64,000 bases of DNA, from the NCBI GenBank assembly GCA_010015585.1, contig ML975151.1. One strand, 5' to 3'. Positions 24,942 to 37,690 of the stretch are shown piece after piece. The stretch's first letter is position 1. Each line of letters starts with the position of its first letter. The notes below the pieces were generated by a model. That model was not told the DNA's origin, ran no database searches, and saw nothing but the letters and a program-made list of their open reading frames with translations. Made by a program: the position numbers and the translations under genes. The stretch is from Eremomyces bilateralis CBS 781.70. Its lineage: Eukaryota.

Positions 24942-25758
24942 GAGCGGAGTGCGCTCGCTGCTAGGTCGTTCAGGCTGGAATTGCCGCCTGACTCATTTTG
25001 GTTGTTATTTTGAGCCATCCGTAAGGTATGGTTGCATAAAAGATCCGTCCGATTTTCTTGGATTCTCTGTCGATACCACATTTTTTCTCTTCCGGACTGG
25101 CCTACTCGATTTTCGTCTTTTCGATACCCCGTTCTGGCATTGCTTGCTTGCGTGCTCGGTCGCTCGGCATGGCGCCGGGATGGATGCATCTATGGATTTG
25201 GTTTGGGGAACTTTTTGGATGGCCGTCCGCGGCGGTTTCTTGTGCGAGTCGTATCGTATGGCTAGCAAGATGGATTCTGGGTGGTTGGTTACCTACCTAT
25301 TGTTTTATTCTAATGGCTGCATGTATTGGTAATAGACAATACTCTCTGTTTTCACGACGGATTAAAGAGGAATTGATCCATTGCATGAGACATAAGGCCA
25401 TGCGCTCTTCCCGCAAGCTATACCTAATCTATTGTGCGTAACAAACGTATACCTCACTACTCGTATTGTTTTATCCTTGTCCTTGCGCTCTACAGTAAAG
25501 TGACCTCCGGAATTGCAATTGCAAGAACTGTTCCGCTTCATACTGCTTCTTAAACAACTTAGGGGACAATTTCTTACATAATGACGGTTATGTATTGATG
25601 GTTTACAATATCTAATGCAGTAATGAATTATCTAGCGATCTCGTGTTTGAACTCATGGTTATCCGTCCAGTTTTGTTCTCGTCCCATCATCCAAACATGA
25701 CCTTATGCCCTTCCCAGCCCATCCCAAGACTCCAACCCAACCATTCCCATCCCACCCC

Positions 25759-27309
25759 CTACCGTATCCCATTCGCCTTTTGAAACCGCCTCAATGGCGC
25801 ACTATCCTTCGTCGCGATAAAATAATCCCCATTCGCATTCGTCCAACTCACGCAGTCCGAAAAATACTCCCGCCGCACCACGCTCAGCATGTTCCGCGGA
25901 TCCTCCACATTCCGCGGCTTGATCTGCCACCCCTTCGGCACGAAGCTCTTCAGGCTCACGATCCGCGCCCCCTCCTTCACGTCCAGGAACTTCATCACCA
26001 GCTTGTCGTTCAGCTCCGGGTTGAACGCCTGGTTGTTGACGAGGATGACGTCCGCGCGCCGGATCGCCGCGTCGATCGTCGGGGAGGAGAGGAAGTCGCC
26101 TTGGATCAGGGTGGCGGGCCCCGGGGCGAGGCCCCAGAGGCGGCAGCGCGTGCGGAACTCGGCGAGCTGCTTGTCGGCGAGGGCGCACGGGTTGTCGTTC
26201 TTCTCGATACCCCAGCTCTCGCAGCCGACTTGGAGGGCGGCTTGGAGGACAACGTTGCCGACGCCGGAGCCGAGGTCGACGAAGACTTGGTCGCGTTTGA
26301 GGTGGGTTTCGCGGAACAGGCGCTCGGTGAAGCGGGGAAGGAGCTCGCCGTAGACGTCGTTGGTGCCGTTTTCGTACTTGCGGAGGAGCTCGACGGCGGG
26401 GGAGACGGTGCGGGAGTAGACTTGGGCGAGGATGCGCTCGATGAGGGGGAAGGGAAGGGTGTGGGTGATTTTGAGGACGGAGGCGACGGTACCGTCGACG
26501 AGGGCGGTGGTCAGGGCGGTGTTGAATTCGTCGACGGTGGAGGTAAACTCCTCGGCGCAATTGCGGTTTAGTGCGCGCTTGAAGCGGCGCGAAAAAACGG
26601 TGACGTCGTCGGTAAGGGGGTCGCGGATGGAGGGGGGGAGGTAGTGTTGGGCGATTTGGTCGATGGTGTGGACTATGTCGTCAATCGGGCGGTACCCCTC
26701 GTCTTCCTGGGGAACCAGGAGGTCGAAGCTGGTAGTGATGTTAGTCTGGCGATCGAAGCAAATGCGATTGAGATGCTCCCAAACTTACCGTTCTCGTGGA
26801 AGTTTGCTTGGGTATTGCAGCTCAACCTTGACAACATCCGCCCCCTCCTTGACAAACGCCGGTTTGTACTTCGGTGACCCGTTCAGTGCCGTCAGGTCCG
26901 CGCCATGTAGTAGTTGGAATTTATTCACGTCGTCCTCCATCCATTCCGCGGTATCTCTGACATCGCGATCATTGTCCGGTTCCAGCGACCGGACAGGCTC
27001 TGTTTTCCGCCGTTTGCCTATCCCGTTCGCCTCATCCGCGCTTGACTCGTCGCTCGAGCTGGAGAAATGGACGGATGGAGATGCGGACTTGCGCTTTAAC
27101 CGCGTAAAGCTGGGTTGAGGTGACAGGAACCGGTCCCGCGACTCTTTTAACAGGTGCTGAGGTCTCTGAACGGGTCGTGGAGTCGAGACAGTGCGCGTGG
27201 CAGCAGAGGAGCGTCGCGGATCGCCATTGCGCGGCTTTTGCGGCGTCTTCTCCTCTTTGATCGGGACGGTGACTTTATGGACCTTGACTGGTTTTTTGTT
27301 CAGGAACAT
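25759..27309 (-). CDS. DOT1: Histone H3K79 methyltransferase Dot1
   Basis: VELQYPS..ER, ERILAQVYSRTVSP, YENGTNDVYGELLPRF, FVDLGSGVGNVVLQAALQVGCESWGIE, GDFL, VILVNNQAF, IVSLKSF, VSWT. One intron ~26729-26788. Confidence 0.95.
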
Positions 27310-28464
27310 GCTGGTAATTAGGAGATAAATATGGGATAGTTGTAGACATAAGGAGGGAAATATGATCGCGGTATATGAGGGGAAGTATTTGGACAAGGCG
27401 GCGAGATGTCGCAAACAAAAGGGAGGGGATGAAGTTGTGAGAGGCGGAACAGGGGGTCGAGGTGGCGGATTGTGGCGCTATTGTGGCGCTATTTCGAGTT
27501 TATATGTGGCTGGTGTTTCTTTGTTGCGGATCAGGTGATTCCGGCGCAGGAACGAAATGCTTCCATTCCAACTCCATCCATCATCCCTCAATTCCAGATT
27601 CCAGTTCCGATCCCTTCGAAAAAGCTACGACAATTTTGCGACAAATTGCGACAATCCGTCCATCCAACAACAAGGTTTCCCCTCCCTTGCTGACCCGTCT
27701 GTACAGGTTGTTACGTACAAGCGTCCATCGACGTCGCGTCCCTGTCCAGGAGAGGAATCGAGCTACACATAGAAACTCACTTTTTGCAACACTTCCGCGG
27801 ACTTGTAATATTTTCCGCAATTCGAGGAAGAAAGTGGTCGATGCGAACGTACTTATGCTCGTCGGCTTCACGAAAATTCCCTCTGGAAAATAATTCTCCT
27901 CAGCAGTGATGGATCGGATCATATGAGAGACACGCTGCTGACTGGGATGGGACGGAACGGCTCCACACTTTCGCCCAGAGCCTGGAATACTTCTGCTATT
28001 CCCGCCTGGCCATCGCATCACTCGGGACCGAACCCCATCAATAAACGATAAAATCATGAAGCATCTGTCCATGACCGTGAATCATCGTAATAGAATGTGG
28101 GTCAAGCCGGTTCCTGGCGGTGGAATGCCGTGCAACCTCGCTGTCGAGTTCGCGATGCCTAAGTCCTCTTGCGTGCTAACCACCTCTTAAGCCTTATACT
28201 GATGCATACGTCGCTCCGATCTGCATATTCTCGCTTTTCGTGTTCAATACACTCTGATTTATAGCGTGGATGGTCGTTGGTTATGTACTCACCACGACCT
28301 GGCCGTTTTCATCATCGTCCGTCGTTTCAAAATTCAATCGCTTTCTAAAAATGTCTCCGTCACGGTACCTGCGGTATTGCCATCCCTTCGCGCTCTCCGA
28401 CAACCCGCTCCAGTCCCCTCACCCTCTTCATGTCGCGCATCATCGAACGGCCCCAGGTATTGAC

Positions 28465-29931
28465 ATGGGCGGCTGCCAAGAAGCCGCCCGTCGACCTTCT
28501 CCTTCCCCGGAAATATCACAACCAGACCACCCCCTCCACCTCCAAGACCCCGAGTACCTCCGCGACCTCCCCATCCCCCCATGGATCAACCGCCCGCAAC
28601 CCACCTGGCGCCGCTACATCCAGAATATCACCCCGTCCTGGTTCGCCATCAACATGGGCACCGGCGTCGTCTCCATCCTCCTGTACAATCAGCCCTACCA
28701 GGCCCGGTGGCTGCACATCCTCGCCTACATCGTGTTCGTCTTGAACATCGTGTTGTTCGTCGGCATCTTCGTCGCCTCGATTCTTCGGTATATCTTATAT
28801 CCGGAGCTCTGGCGCGTCATGTTGCGACATCCCGTGCAGAGTATGTACATTGGGACGCTGCCGATGGGGTTCGCGACGATTATCAATATGATAGTGTTCG
28901 CGTGTGTACCGCACTGGGGCGACTGGGCGCGGACGTTGGCAGTTAGCCTATGGATCGTGGATGCGGCAGTATCAATATGTTGCTGCTTGCTCCTGCCGTT
29001 CATCATGTACGCCTCTCTTCCCCGCGAGCAACACCCATCAACATCGCGCGCGGCCCACTGATCTCCCTCCAGGATGTTCAAACACCCCCGCTCCAAACCC
29101 ACCGACATGACCGCCGTCTGGCTCTTCCCCGTCCTCCCCAACATCGTCGCCTCCGCCACCGGCGCCATCGTCGCCGATGCCCTCCCCAACCCCCAACACG
29201 CCTTCTGGACCATGATCACCTGCTATGTCCTCTGGGGCATGGCCGTCCCCATGGCCCTCGCCATCATCGCCATCTACTTCAACCGCCTCATCACCTACAA
29301 GCTGCCGCCCCGCGACGTCATCGTCTCCGTCTTCCTGCCCTGCGGGCCCACCGGCCAAGGCGCCTTCGCGTAAGCCCCTCCCCCATCCGCCTCTTCAATC
29401 CACTCACCTCCTCCTGCTAGTATCATGAAACTCGGCCAAGTTGCCCACAAAGTCTTCCCCCGCACCCACGCGCTCCCCGCCGTCGCCGCCGCCGGCGACA
29501 TCCTATATGTCTTTGGCTTCCTGGCCGGGCTCGTCCTGTGGGCTTTCGGGCTAGTGTGGCTGTTCTTCGCGTTCGCGTCGGTGTCGCGCAGCCGCTTCCC
29601 GTTCAACATGGGGAGCTGGTCGTGCACGTTCCCCATCGGCGTGTGGGTGACGGCAACGATCACGATCGGGAAGGAGCTGCCGTCGACGTTTTTTAATGTC
29701 GTGGGAATCGTGAGTGCGGATTCATTGGGATTCGGTCCTTCCTGTTCGAGGGGGATCATGACGCTGACTGGTTTTCAGATCTTCTCTATCTGCGTCATCA
29801 TTTTCTGGCTGGCGGTGTCCATCCTATCGATTCAAAAAGCGTTCACGGGCGATCTGTTCTACGCGCCCTGTGTTGCAGCGTTAGAATGCCGCGCTACTAT
29901 CCTAGAAAAATCGGAGGAGTCCAGTGCCTAA
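28465..29931 (+). CDS. SSU1: TDT/SLAC1-family transporter (Ssu1-like sulfite efflux / malate transporter), 4 exons
   Basis: NITPSWFAINMGTG, HPVQSMYIGTLPMGFATII, MTAVWLFP, IVSVFLP.GPTGQG, FPFNMGSWSCTFPIGV, GDLFYAPC. Three GT-AG introns. Confidence 0.85.
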
Positions 29932-30129
29932 ACTCCACTAAAAATCCAATGCACGAATAAAGCGGTATATAAATAAAAGTGACGAAGCCATGTCCCTGAG
30001 GAACATATGATTATGAGCATAGCAATAAGGACGTTATTTATTCAATGAAGCAGAGCGCGAAATCCTCTTTACCCCTAATCTTCCGCCGTCTCCTGGACAC
30101 CATCTGGACACTTATCTTACAATCAATCC

Positions 30130-31408
30130 CTATCCAACCTCCAGCCGGTCTCCAACAAGGCCTTGGTATAGGTCTCAATAGATTCATCCATGTCAAACTC
30201 CTTGTCCCTGGATCGAATTGCGTACGAGGAACTTGCAAACGGGTAGACGTTCGTGAGCTGAAGGGTACAGCGCCTGAGGATAACCATCTCTCATAAGCCG
30301 GTCCTTGAATCTTTCGAATGCTCTCGCCAAGTCATCGTCAGCGTGGCCGGATGGCGGCGCCGCGAGTCGGATGTCAAAGCTCCGAACCCCTTTACACGCG
30401 AAGATGGTGTGGACCAGACTGAAGAGGTCGGATATAGGCGGATAGAGGCCGGCATAGTGCACAGGTCGCACAGGTCGGAGTGGACTGTGTGGAGCAGATT
30501 CAGGTGCATCGGATTTTCCACCTCCCATCGATTCAAGGAGGTCCTTGAAAGCTGATGGGATCGGCATGGCTAGGACATCTTCGACTGAGGGAAACCAGAT
30601 GCCCGGGTTCATCCAGCCATCGTTGTACGTCATATGCATCCACGGTCGAATCTCGCACACTGCAATCGAGGCGCTCGATTCGTCGTCCCGCGCTTCCCCC
30701 TCGGCTTCAGCAACCCAGGCATTTGACACCAGCGACGCGTCTGCCGAAAATGCCGCCTTATTCATCCGCAATTCCAGCAACTTCCCCCGATGTTTCGGAT
30801 CTGGAAGATCCTCCTCGCCGTGCTTGCTCATGGTAGTGTGCGTGAGAAATGCAAGGGTCAAAGGGGCCGCCGAGACCATCACGTAGTTCGGGCACCCCGT
30901 ACGAAAGAGCTGGTCCCATAACCGGGAACACTCCCGCAAGTCGCGCCCTTCCTAATGCATAACTGAAGGGCCAGGGACGGTTACCCGGGGGTAGACGAGG
31001 ACGGACTCTACCGCCGGCTTCAGGTTATTCAACCGGATGAACTTGAAAAATGCCTCGAAATTCCGCCATGCGGTTGAGAAGAACTTTGGAAACTCGAACG
31101 GTTGATCTTCCTCTAGTTCGTCGATCTGGATAAAGCAGTGCTTGAACAGTGTGGGAAAGAGGATCGAGCGCCATTTCTGACAGACCCTGGAGAGAATTTT
31201 CACGGGATAACGATGAGGGTCAGGAATCAACCCATAGTGCGGATTCTCTTCGAAATCGGTGGCGGAACGCGGTCTGGCGAGGAGGTGGCTGAAGATTTGA
31301 AGTATATAATAGCTCGTCGGGGAGTTGCATGAGGTAAGGCCGAAGAGGGGTGTTGGAACTAATGGGTGTCAGGTCTGGAATCACGGAAGGGGACGCGTGG
31401 TATTCCAT
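30130..31408 (-). pseudogene. F-box protein pseudogene
   Basis: LMQLPDEL, then a frameshift (~31305) into ILQIFSHL..LSRVCQKWRSILFPTLFKH (F-box). In-frame TAG at 30952-30954. Probable further frameshift near 30200. Confidence 0.7.
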
Positions 31409-32214
31409 TTTGACTTAGGAGTAAATAGAGAAATAAAGTTAATATGTGAAGGAATTCGAAAATGGACAATGGTTGCTTTGGAGGCGGAAAGGCGCTGCTG
31501 GCTGGGAAACACTGCAGCGGGTCTCGCGCACCAGGACGCCTCCCACGCGTAAAGCATATGAAATTTACTTGAAGAATCGAGGAAACCCTAGACGAGAAGT
31601 AGTAAATCAGAAAGATTTTTCGGTAGCTAATATTACGGAGTGGTTTAGGGAACGCAAAACCAAAGAAGCAGGAATTCGAAGCGAAAGGGAGCGTTGGTGG
31701 TTGATGTAAATAGCTAGGATATTGACAGGCACTCACGAGCAATCATAGATATAAGAAGGGGAATGGAACCAGTCATCGCCGTTGCGATTCATTCTCTGGG
31801 TTGATGGGAAAGAATGCAATCGAAAAGGCCATATTTCGTACAAGGACTTCCAAATGAACTGTATCTATACCTACTGGTACTGTTCAAATGGATCAAATGA
31901 AATGATCGATCCATTGTTAGAGAAAGGAATTTATGTTCACAAGTGGGCGGACAGAGGGCGGATAGAGGTCACAGACCACGACTGTGAGAGTACAAGGTGG
32001 CCCGATAGATTGCCGCTATTTGTTGTGCCGTGCTGTACCGGTGCTTCAGCTATTCCCGGTGCCAGACTACCAGTAGGTTGTCTCATAGCTGAACGAGGAT
32101 TCCTATCACGGAATCTAAGAGAAATATGATATCAAACTAGGTGGACTAAACAACGCTATTGTCTAACCCGCTACATGAATTCCAACCCATCAAAGGTCAT
32201 CCATATCCCAACCC

Positions 32215-34134
32215 CTAGCTCCTTAACAACCTCTCCACCCCCTTCACCAACCCATCCTCCGCCCCCAACAACCCCCGCTTCTCCCCCACCACCTCCCCCG
32301 CCTCCAACACCTTCACCAAATCCACCACCTCCCCCTCCACATCCGCACAATACACCCATAGCCCCAACGCCATAATCAGCCCCTTCGCCGCCTCCTGGCT
32401 CTCCGTCTCCCGCCGCACCGCCTCCACGATCCCCGCCACCATCTCCGTCTGCGTCCCGTCGTCGAAGAGCTCCGCACCATCGATTCGCGCGCGCACGTTC
32501 GAGGCCGCGAGGTTGAAGGCGAGGCTGGCGGCGGCGATGCGCGTGGTAGTGTGGGAAAGGTCGAGGAGGGAGGTAGTGAGGAGGGTGGAGAGGAGGGTGG
32601 TGAAGCGGGGGTTGGAGAGTGCGTGGGTGCGGAGCGCATGGTGCGGGAAGAGGTTGCAGGAGAGATGGAGGGTGATAAGACGAAGGTTGTAGGGGATGGC
32701 GGTCGCGCCGGATGTGACGTGGGAGATTAGGGCAGTGATCGTTTCGAAGTTCTGGGGGGCGGCGTAGGCGGCTGCGATTCGTGGGTCGTTGAGGGCGAGG
32801 CGGAGGAGGTCGTAGACTGCGAAGAGGGAGGTGGGGTCGGGGTTTCGGAGACTGTGGGCAAGGAAGATGTTGAAGGCATGGATGTCCGGCATCGGATTGT
32901 TCTGAGGGGTGGAAGTGTTGAGATTGGTTAGGAATGTCTTCATCCGGAGGACCGCTGGATCGGTACTTGAATCGCCCAGCTTCTGTATCAGCTTATCCAG
33001 CGGTGGAACTTTCGAGAAGCTAATCAGCGTCGTACTCGACTGAATCAACTGGCCGAGATCTAAGTTTTGATGCGGATGGAAAGTCGCCCGTTGCAGCAAT
33101 AGTCGTACTTTTCCTCGCAGGTCCGTCTCGTTGGCTCCGGTCCATTCCTCATCCTTCTGCCCTTTAAGGAACGTGATAAACGTCGGCGTTGCACGAACTC
33201 CATACCTGGCGGCCACCTGGTACGCACGGTTCAGATCGATCTTGATGAACACACCCCATTTCCCGGCCTCTTCGGCGAGCTCGTCGAACGCAGGATAGAC
33301 CAGCTTGCAGGGGGCGCAGGTGGAGCTGGTGAAGAAGATTACGGCGCAGGTCTTGGAAGCGGAGGATAAAAGCTCTTCTAGTTCGAAGTTCGAGTCGATC
33401 TCATGAACGGATTTGGATGGCTGGGTGGCCGGTTCGATTATAGCCGGGGCGCTGGGTGATGCTCCTGTTGGTACTGTGGGTGCTTGGGTGATGCCTTGCA
33501 TTGCTAGGTCCAGTTGAGGTCGTAGGAGGTAGCCGAATGGCGAGTTCATGAATGTCTCGGGTAGACCAGTTATATGGTCCGGTATCCCTTTGCCAACGAG
33601 GAACGTGGAGAGGTCATGGGTACTATCAGGAGTTCAGCATGGTAGATATAGTTCGCGACGGTATACACTTACAAGTTGTTGCAGTTGTTCAATAATAGAT
33701 CGTAGGACTGCAGTCAGTTAGTCTCCATCAACCACTCAGGAACCGCCCATGCCGACCTCCGGTGTGTAGACCTGCTTCAACGACTGCAGATAGTCCAATA
33801 TCACGTCCATAGGGATTTCCGTCTTGCCTAAATGGAGCACCTCCATCGGCTCCCCATGATGAGTTGTACCTGGGTAGGACTGCTGGACTCCCTGACCAAA
33901 GTAGTACTCGACATTGTTGAGAACGATGGACGTATGGTAAACAGCATCGATTTGAGTTCCAAGAAACTGCTGCGAGACCTAAAAAGCATTAAAACATGCT
34001 GACCAGACTGAACTTGAATATGCGGTACTTGACGGGCGATCCCCTGCGAAACCGTGTAAGCTAGAGAGACTTATAATGGACAGACTATCAAATTGTACCC
34101 TTGAGATGTCATATACGTAAAGTTGGACGTCCAT
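32215..34134 (-). CDS. PPPDE (DeSI-like) peptidase - thioredoxin - PUL domain protein
   Basis: MDVQLYVYDIS, IDAVYHTSIV..EYYFG, HHGEP, YDLLLNNCNN (PPPDE His/Cys dyad); FFTSSTCAPCK (Trx CxxC), VRATPTF; C-terminal helical PUL-like region. Includes a 15-nt microexon at 34029-34043. Confidence 0.9.
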
Positions 34135-34661
34135 GGTGACAGTGATCCTGTTGTTGATCTTACGGAGAAACGGCTCTTCGGGTTATTGATGTTTCATCAT
34201 GAGACTCTTGTTACGATCTATAAATCTTAATATTCGAAGATTGACAGCGTGACGGTGCAGAATCCGGGCATCTTGCTCTATTTGAATGAAACAGCATTGC
34301 GGCAGATGCTGCATTGATGTCGTCAACACGTGAGAGAGGAGATTACGCAGATCGATCTGCCTGCCTGGGACCTCGCTGTGGCGCAGGCGATATCTCGTTG
34401 GCGCCATACTAATATCGAGATCGCGGGCAGCTAACAGGAACGGGGGACTGGATCAACCTCCAGTCGTCTCCACTGACATCAACGATACGGAATAGTGTCA
34501 TACAGGTAAGAAAGCCACATGCGGTATAGAAATTTCCCTCCAACACGAGATATCTTCGACACCTTGCCCAAACCCGCCCAATCAGCAGAAGGAATCGCAG
34601 CCTACCCATCAACTAATATCCATCCCACCAACTAGGAGATCCAAGATACCTACACTTGAAA

Positions 34662-35444
34662 ATGGCTTCCCGGAAATCCATCCTCATCATCAACCCCAAC
34701 AGCACCCAATCCATGACCGACGGCCTCAAACCCCTCGTCGACTCCCTCCATTTCCACAATGTCCACCCCCCTCTCCCCCCTAAACCAACCCACTAACCTT
34801 CCCCATAGACCACCTACACCTATTTCACCGCCCCCAGCGGCCCTCCCTCTATCAACTCCGCCACCGACACCACCGCCTCCGCCCAGCACTGCCTCCCCTC
34901 CCTCCTCCACCTCCTCCCCCACCATGACGGCTTCCTCATCGCCTGCTACTCCGCGCACCCTCTCGTCGCCCTCCTCCAGGCGCACGAGACGGTGCGCGCC
35001 GGGAAGAAAATGGTCACCGGGATCTTCGAAGCGAGCGTCGCCACGAGCCTACAGTGCCTGGCGCCAGGCGAGCGGTTCGGGATCGTGAGCACGGGGCAGG
35101 CGTGGGAGGCGATGTTGAGCGAGGCGGTGCGGGATTTCTTGGGGGCGGAGACGAGCGCGCGGTTCGCCGGGGTGGAGACGACGGGGTTGACGGCGGTGGA
35201 GCTGCATGATGTGGGGGCGGAGGTGGTGGGGGAGAGGATGCGGGAGGCGGTGGGGCGGTTGGTGCGGAGAGGGGAGATCGGGGCGGTGTGTTTGGGGTGT
35301 GCAGGGATGGCGGGAATGAATGAGATGGTGAGGGGGGCGTTGGTGGGGGAATTGGGGGGGGAGAAGGGGGGGAGGGTGAAGATTGTGGATGGGGTGCAGG
35401 CGGGGGTGGCGTGGTTGGAGGGGGCCATTCGGATGGAGTTCTGA
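34662..35444 (+). CDS. DCG1: Asp/Glu/hydantoin racemase family protein (Dcg1-like)
   Basis: ILIINPNSTQSMT, FTAPSGPPSIN, DGFLIACYSAHPLV, VTGIFEAS, FGIVST, VCLGCAGMAG, IVDGV. One intron at 34761-34808. Confidence 0.9.
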
Positions 35445-35733
35445 TGGGTTCGAGAATATTGTAGTATAGGTCTGCTTGGGTGAAGTCGTAAATATGAATC
35501 GATTCCCGTCCTCTACTCGGCTGTGGATGCGCCATCCACTATCATGAGGCTATCAGAACTCCCCGTTCGCTATGGAAAGCCAGAAATGCTGGTATTTGAC
35601 CCTTTCCTCTGGCAAGGTCAACGTCGCCCGCCTCATCACCTCGGTTTATCCCAGCTCTACATATATCCCTCGTGATGGACAATATGCTAATTCGCTCTCC
35701 CTCAAATCAAGGGGTATCCTCTTTGCTCCCAGC

Positions 35734-36787
35734 CTACATCTCCATCTCATCGGGATCCTTCTGCATCACCCCCCTTTTCTCATTCGACCAGACCACAAAC
35801 TCATCAATCACCCCCGGCCACGCAGCATCCTCACTCCAAAACCCCAACCTTTCATCTTCCATGGTCTTCAGCGCGAACTGGTACGTCTGATCCCACATGT
35901 CGCGGTTCACACCCTTCTTCCAGTTGCTGAGCAGGTATTCTTGCCACAGCGCGAGCCAGTCGGTCGTCTTGCTCGCCCACCGCCAGCCTTGGGAGGAGAA
36001 CAGCACTTTCCAGAACTCGATCGCCATTTCCAGGTCGATGGTGCGGGCGCGCTCGGAGTTGATGCCCAGGGAAAACGTGTGGCGGTAGACTCGCTTGAAG
36101 ACAGCCGGATCTTTAGGAAGTTGGGACTGGATGCTTTTCGCGAGGGACTGTTGCTTGCTGATAGTGTCGGCCCTGGAGATATGGATATTAGCGCTTGGCG
36201 GATGGGGAAGGGTAGCTTCGGTGTATGTACCCTAACTCTTGCCAGCCCTCGATGAACTTCTCCCGCTTCATCTCCCCCATCGAAGGGCTCTTGACGATCT
36301 CAGAGACGACGAATAGCCCGATCGATTCTACCGACACTTTCAGGTCCCCGAGATATCGCATCATACCGTCCATCCCGATCGTATCAGGCGAGGAGGGGTC
36401 GTCTATATACGGATTAGAGGGGCGTCGTTCAAGCTGAGGATCGAGATCCTAACCGCAGTATTGGTCGAACAGCTTCGATAGCGTCGTCTTCTGCGGGCTG
36501 TTGCCATAATACCTATGCCACCGTCAGCAGGCCACCCTCCGAAGTCGAGCGAGCGAGACTAACGCGTTGATCGTTTGCTGGACATTCCAGGCATTTCCTC
36601 GGAGTAACTGGAGGCTCACTCGAAGTCAGTACACCTATGTATACCACGACCCATGTTGCTCCTATCCAACCCCATGTTCGACAGAAAGAAGTGCACTTGC
36701 CCTGGCTGCGGTGGTCCTGTCTATCCCAGCAACTTTCACAAAATCCGACACAGCAGCTTTCTGCTGCGCGGTCATCGGCGCCGGCAT
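35734..36787 (-). CDS. DCN1: Defective in cullin neddylation protein 1 (UBA-like + PONY domains)
   Basis: QQKAAVSDF..TAARLLRGNAWNV, LSKLFDQY, DTIGMDGMMRYLGDL, SPSMGE..F.EGW, FKRVYRHTF, AIEFWKVLF, DMWDQ, EDAAWPGVIDEFV. Four introns, the first with a GC donor. Confidence 0.93.
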
Positions 36788-37189
36788 GATGGGGTATATA
36801 GAAGTGGCAGAACTTTCAGTTTCAGGATCGCCGTCTTCGCTGCTCCGAAAGTACCAGGGTAAGGAACCCCCTCTGGCTTCTCCAGTGCTGTGGTGTTTTT
36901 GTATATCGGATGTGATGGGTCAGCGGGGAGGCCAGGTCCGATGCTGAGCGGCAAACGAGCGGTGGGGGTTCCAGATGGGGATTCAAAACAGTCAACAATC
37001 TTGCTCGAGGCTCAGGGAAATAAATGAAGCATATAATAGGGTATCGTTACATGTGCAAAGTCATGATACTAGGCACATGAGGTAATTGACCATCATATGG
37101 TTGCGGTGGGAGGTGAAGCCAGGCGTGAGTTCACTGACTAAGAACGAAGCTGCCAAAAAACGCACTATCGTTATAAAACTTCTTAAATG

Positions 37190-37690
37190 GGGAAATAGCA
37201 TTTCACTAAGCTTCTTACTAAGTCATATCACCGCTCTCACGGAAAAATCATCAGCTGAAGATTAACCGTCTGCCTCCGGGCAGCCATGTGAATTTAGATT
37301 ACACTCCCCATGCTGTACCATTTTCCTCGAATTTCCCAAATAGGGAGATCAAATTTCACTAAGCTTCTTACTAAGACATACCTCCACCCTCTCGCAATTA
37401 TCGAAGTGTAAAAGATTAGGCGCCAGTCCACTCAGTGACGCATATGCTGCGCTGGCTACTAGCAAATTTGTCTCCCACCGGCTTTACTGCCTGCATCCTC
37501 CATCCTCCTGTTAAGAGCCAATTAATCCAGTGAATTTAAATTACACCATCAAACTGTATTGTCGTCATTAAATGGCCCAAATAGGAAAATATAATTCCAC
37601 TAAGTGTCTTACTAAGATATACACCCACCCTTTGGAATTTCCAGGGTCCCGAAGATTAGGCGCCAGCCCCCCCGGGTGGCGCAGGTACAG
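37190..37690. repeat. Three degenerate tandem repeat units (spacing ~153 and ~241 bp)
   Basis: Core tt(t/c)cactaag(ct/tg)tcttactaag at 37201, 37354 and 37595, each followed ~56 bp later by aagatta(a/g)...; gtgaattta(g/a)attacac at 37288 and 37530. Confidence 0.75.

Noticed and set aside
23148..26571. ORFs 23148-24065 (-), 23362-24168 (+), 25705-26571 (+), 25802-26560 (-)
   Set aside because: Off-frame or antisense products of GC-rich codon bias in the ADF/PH-like gene and DOT1.
31446..31709. ITEWFRERKTK resembling homeodomain helix 3
   Set aside because: Lacks the invariant Asn and recognisable helices 1-2; short ORF with a non-ATG start.
37190..37690. CRISPR-like or CACTA element reading of the repeat
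   Set aside because: Eukaryotic DNA with spacers that are long and related to each other; no inverted CACTA terminus or TSD found.
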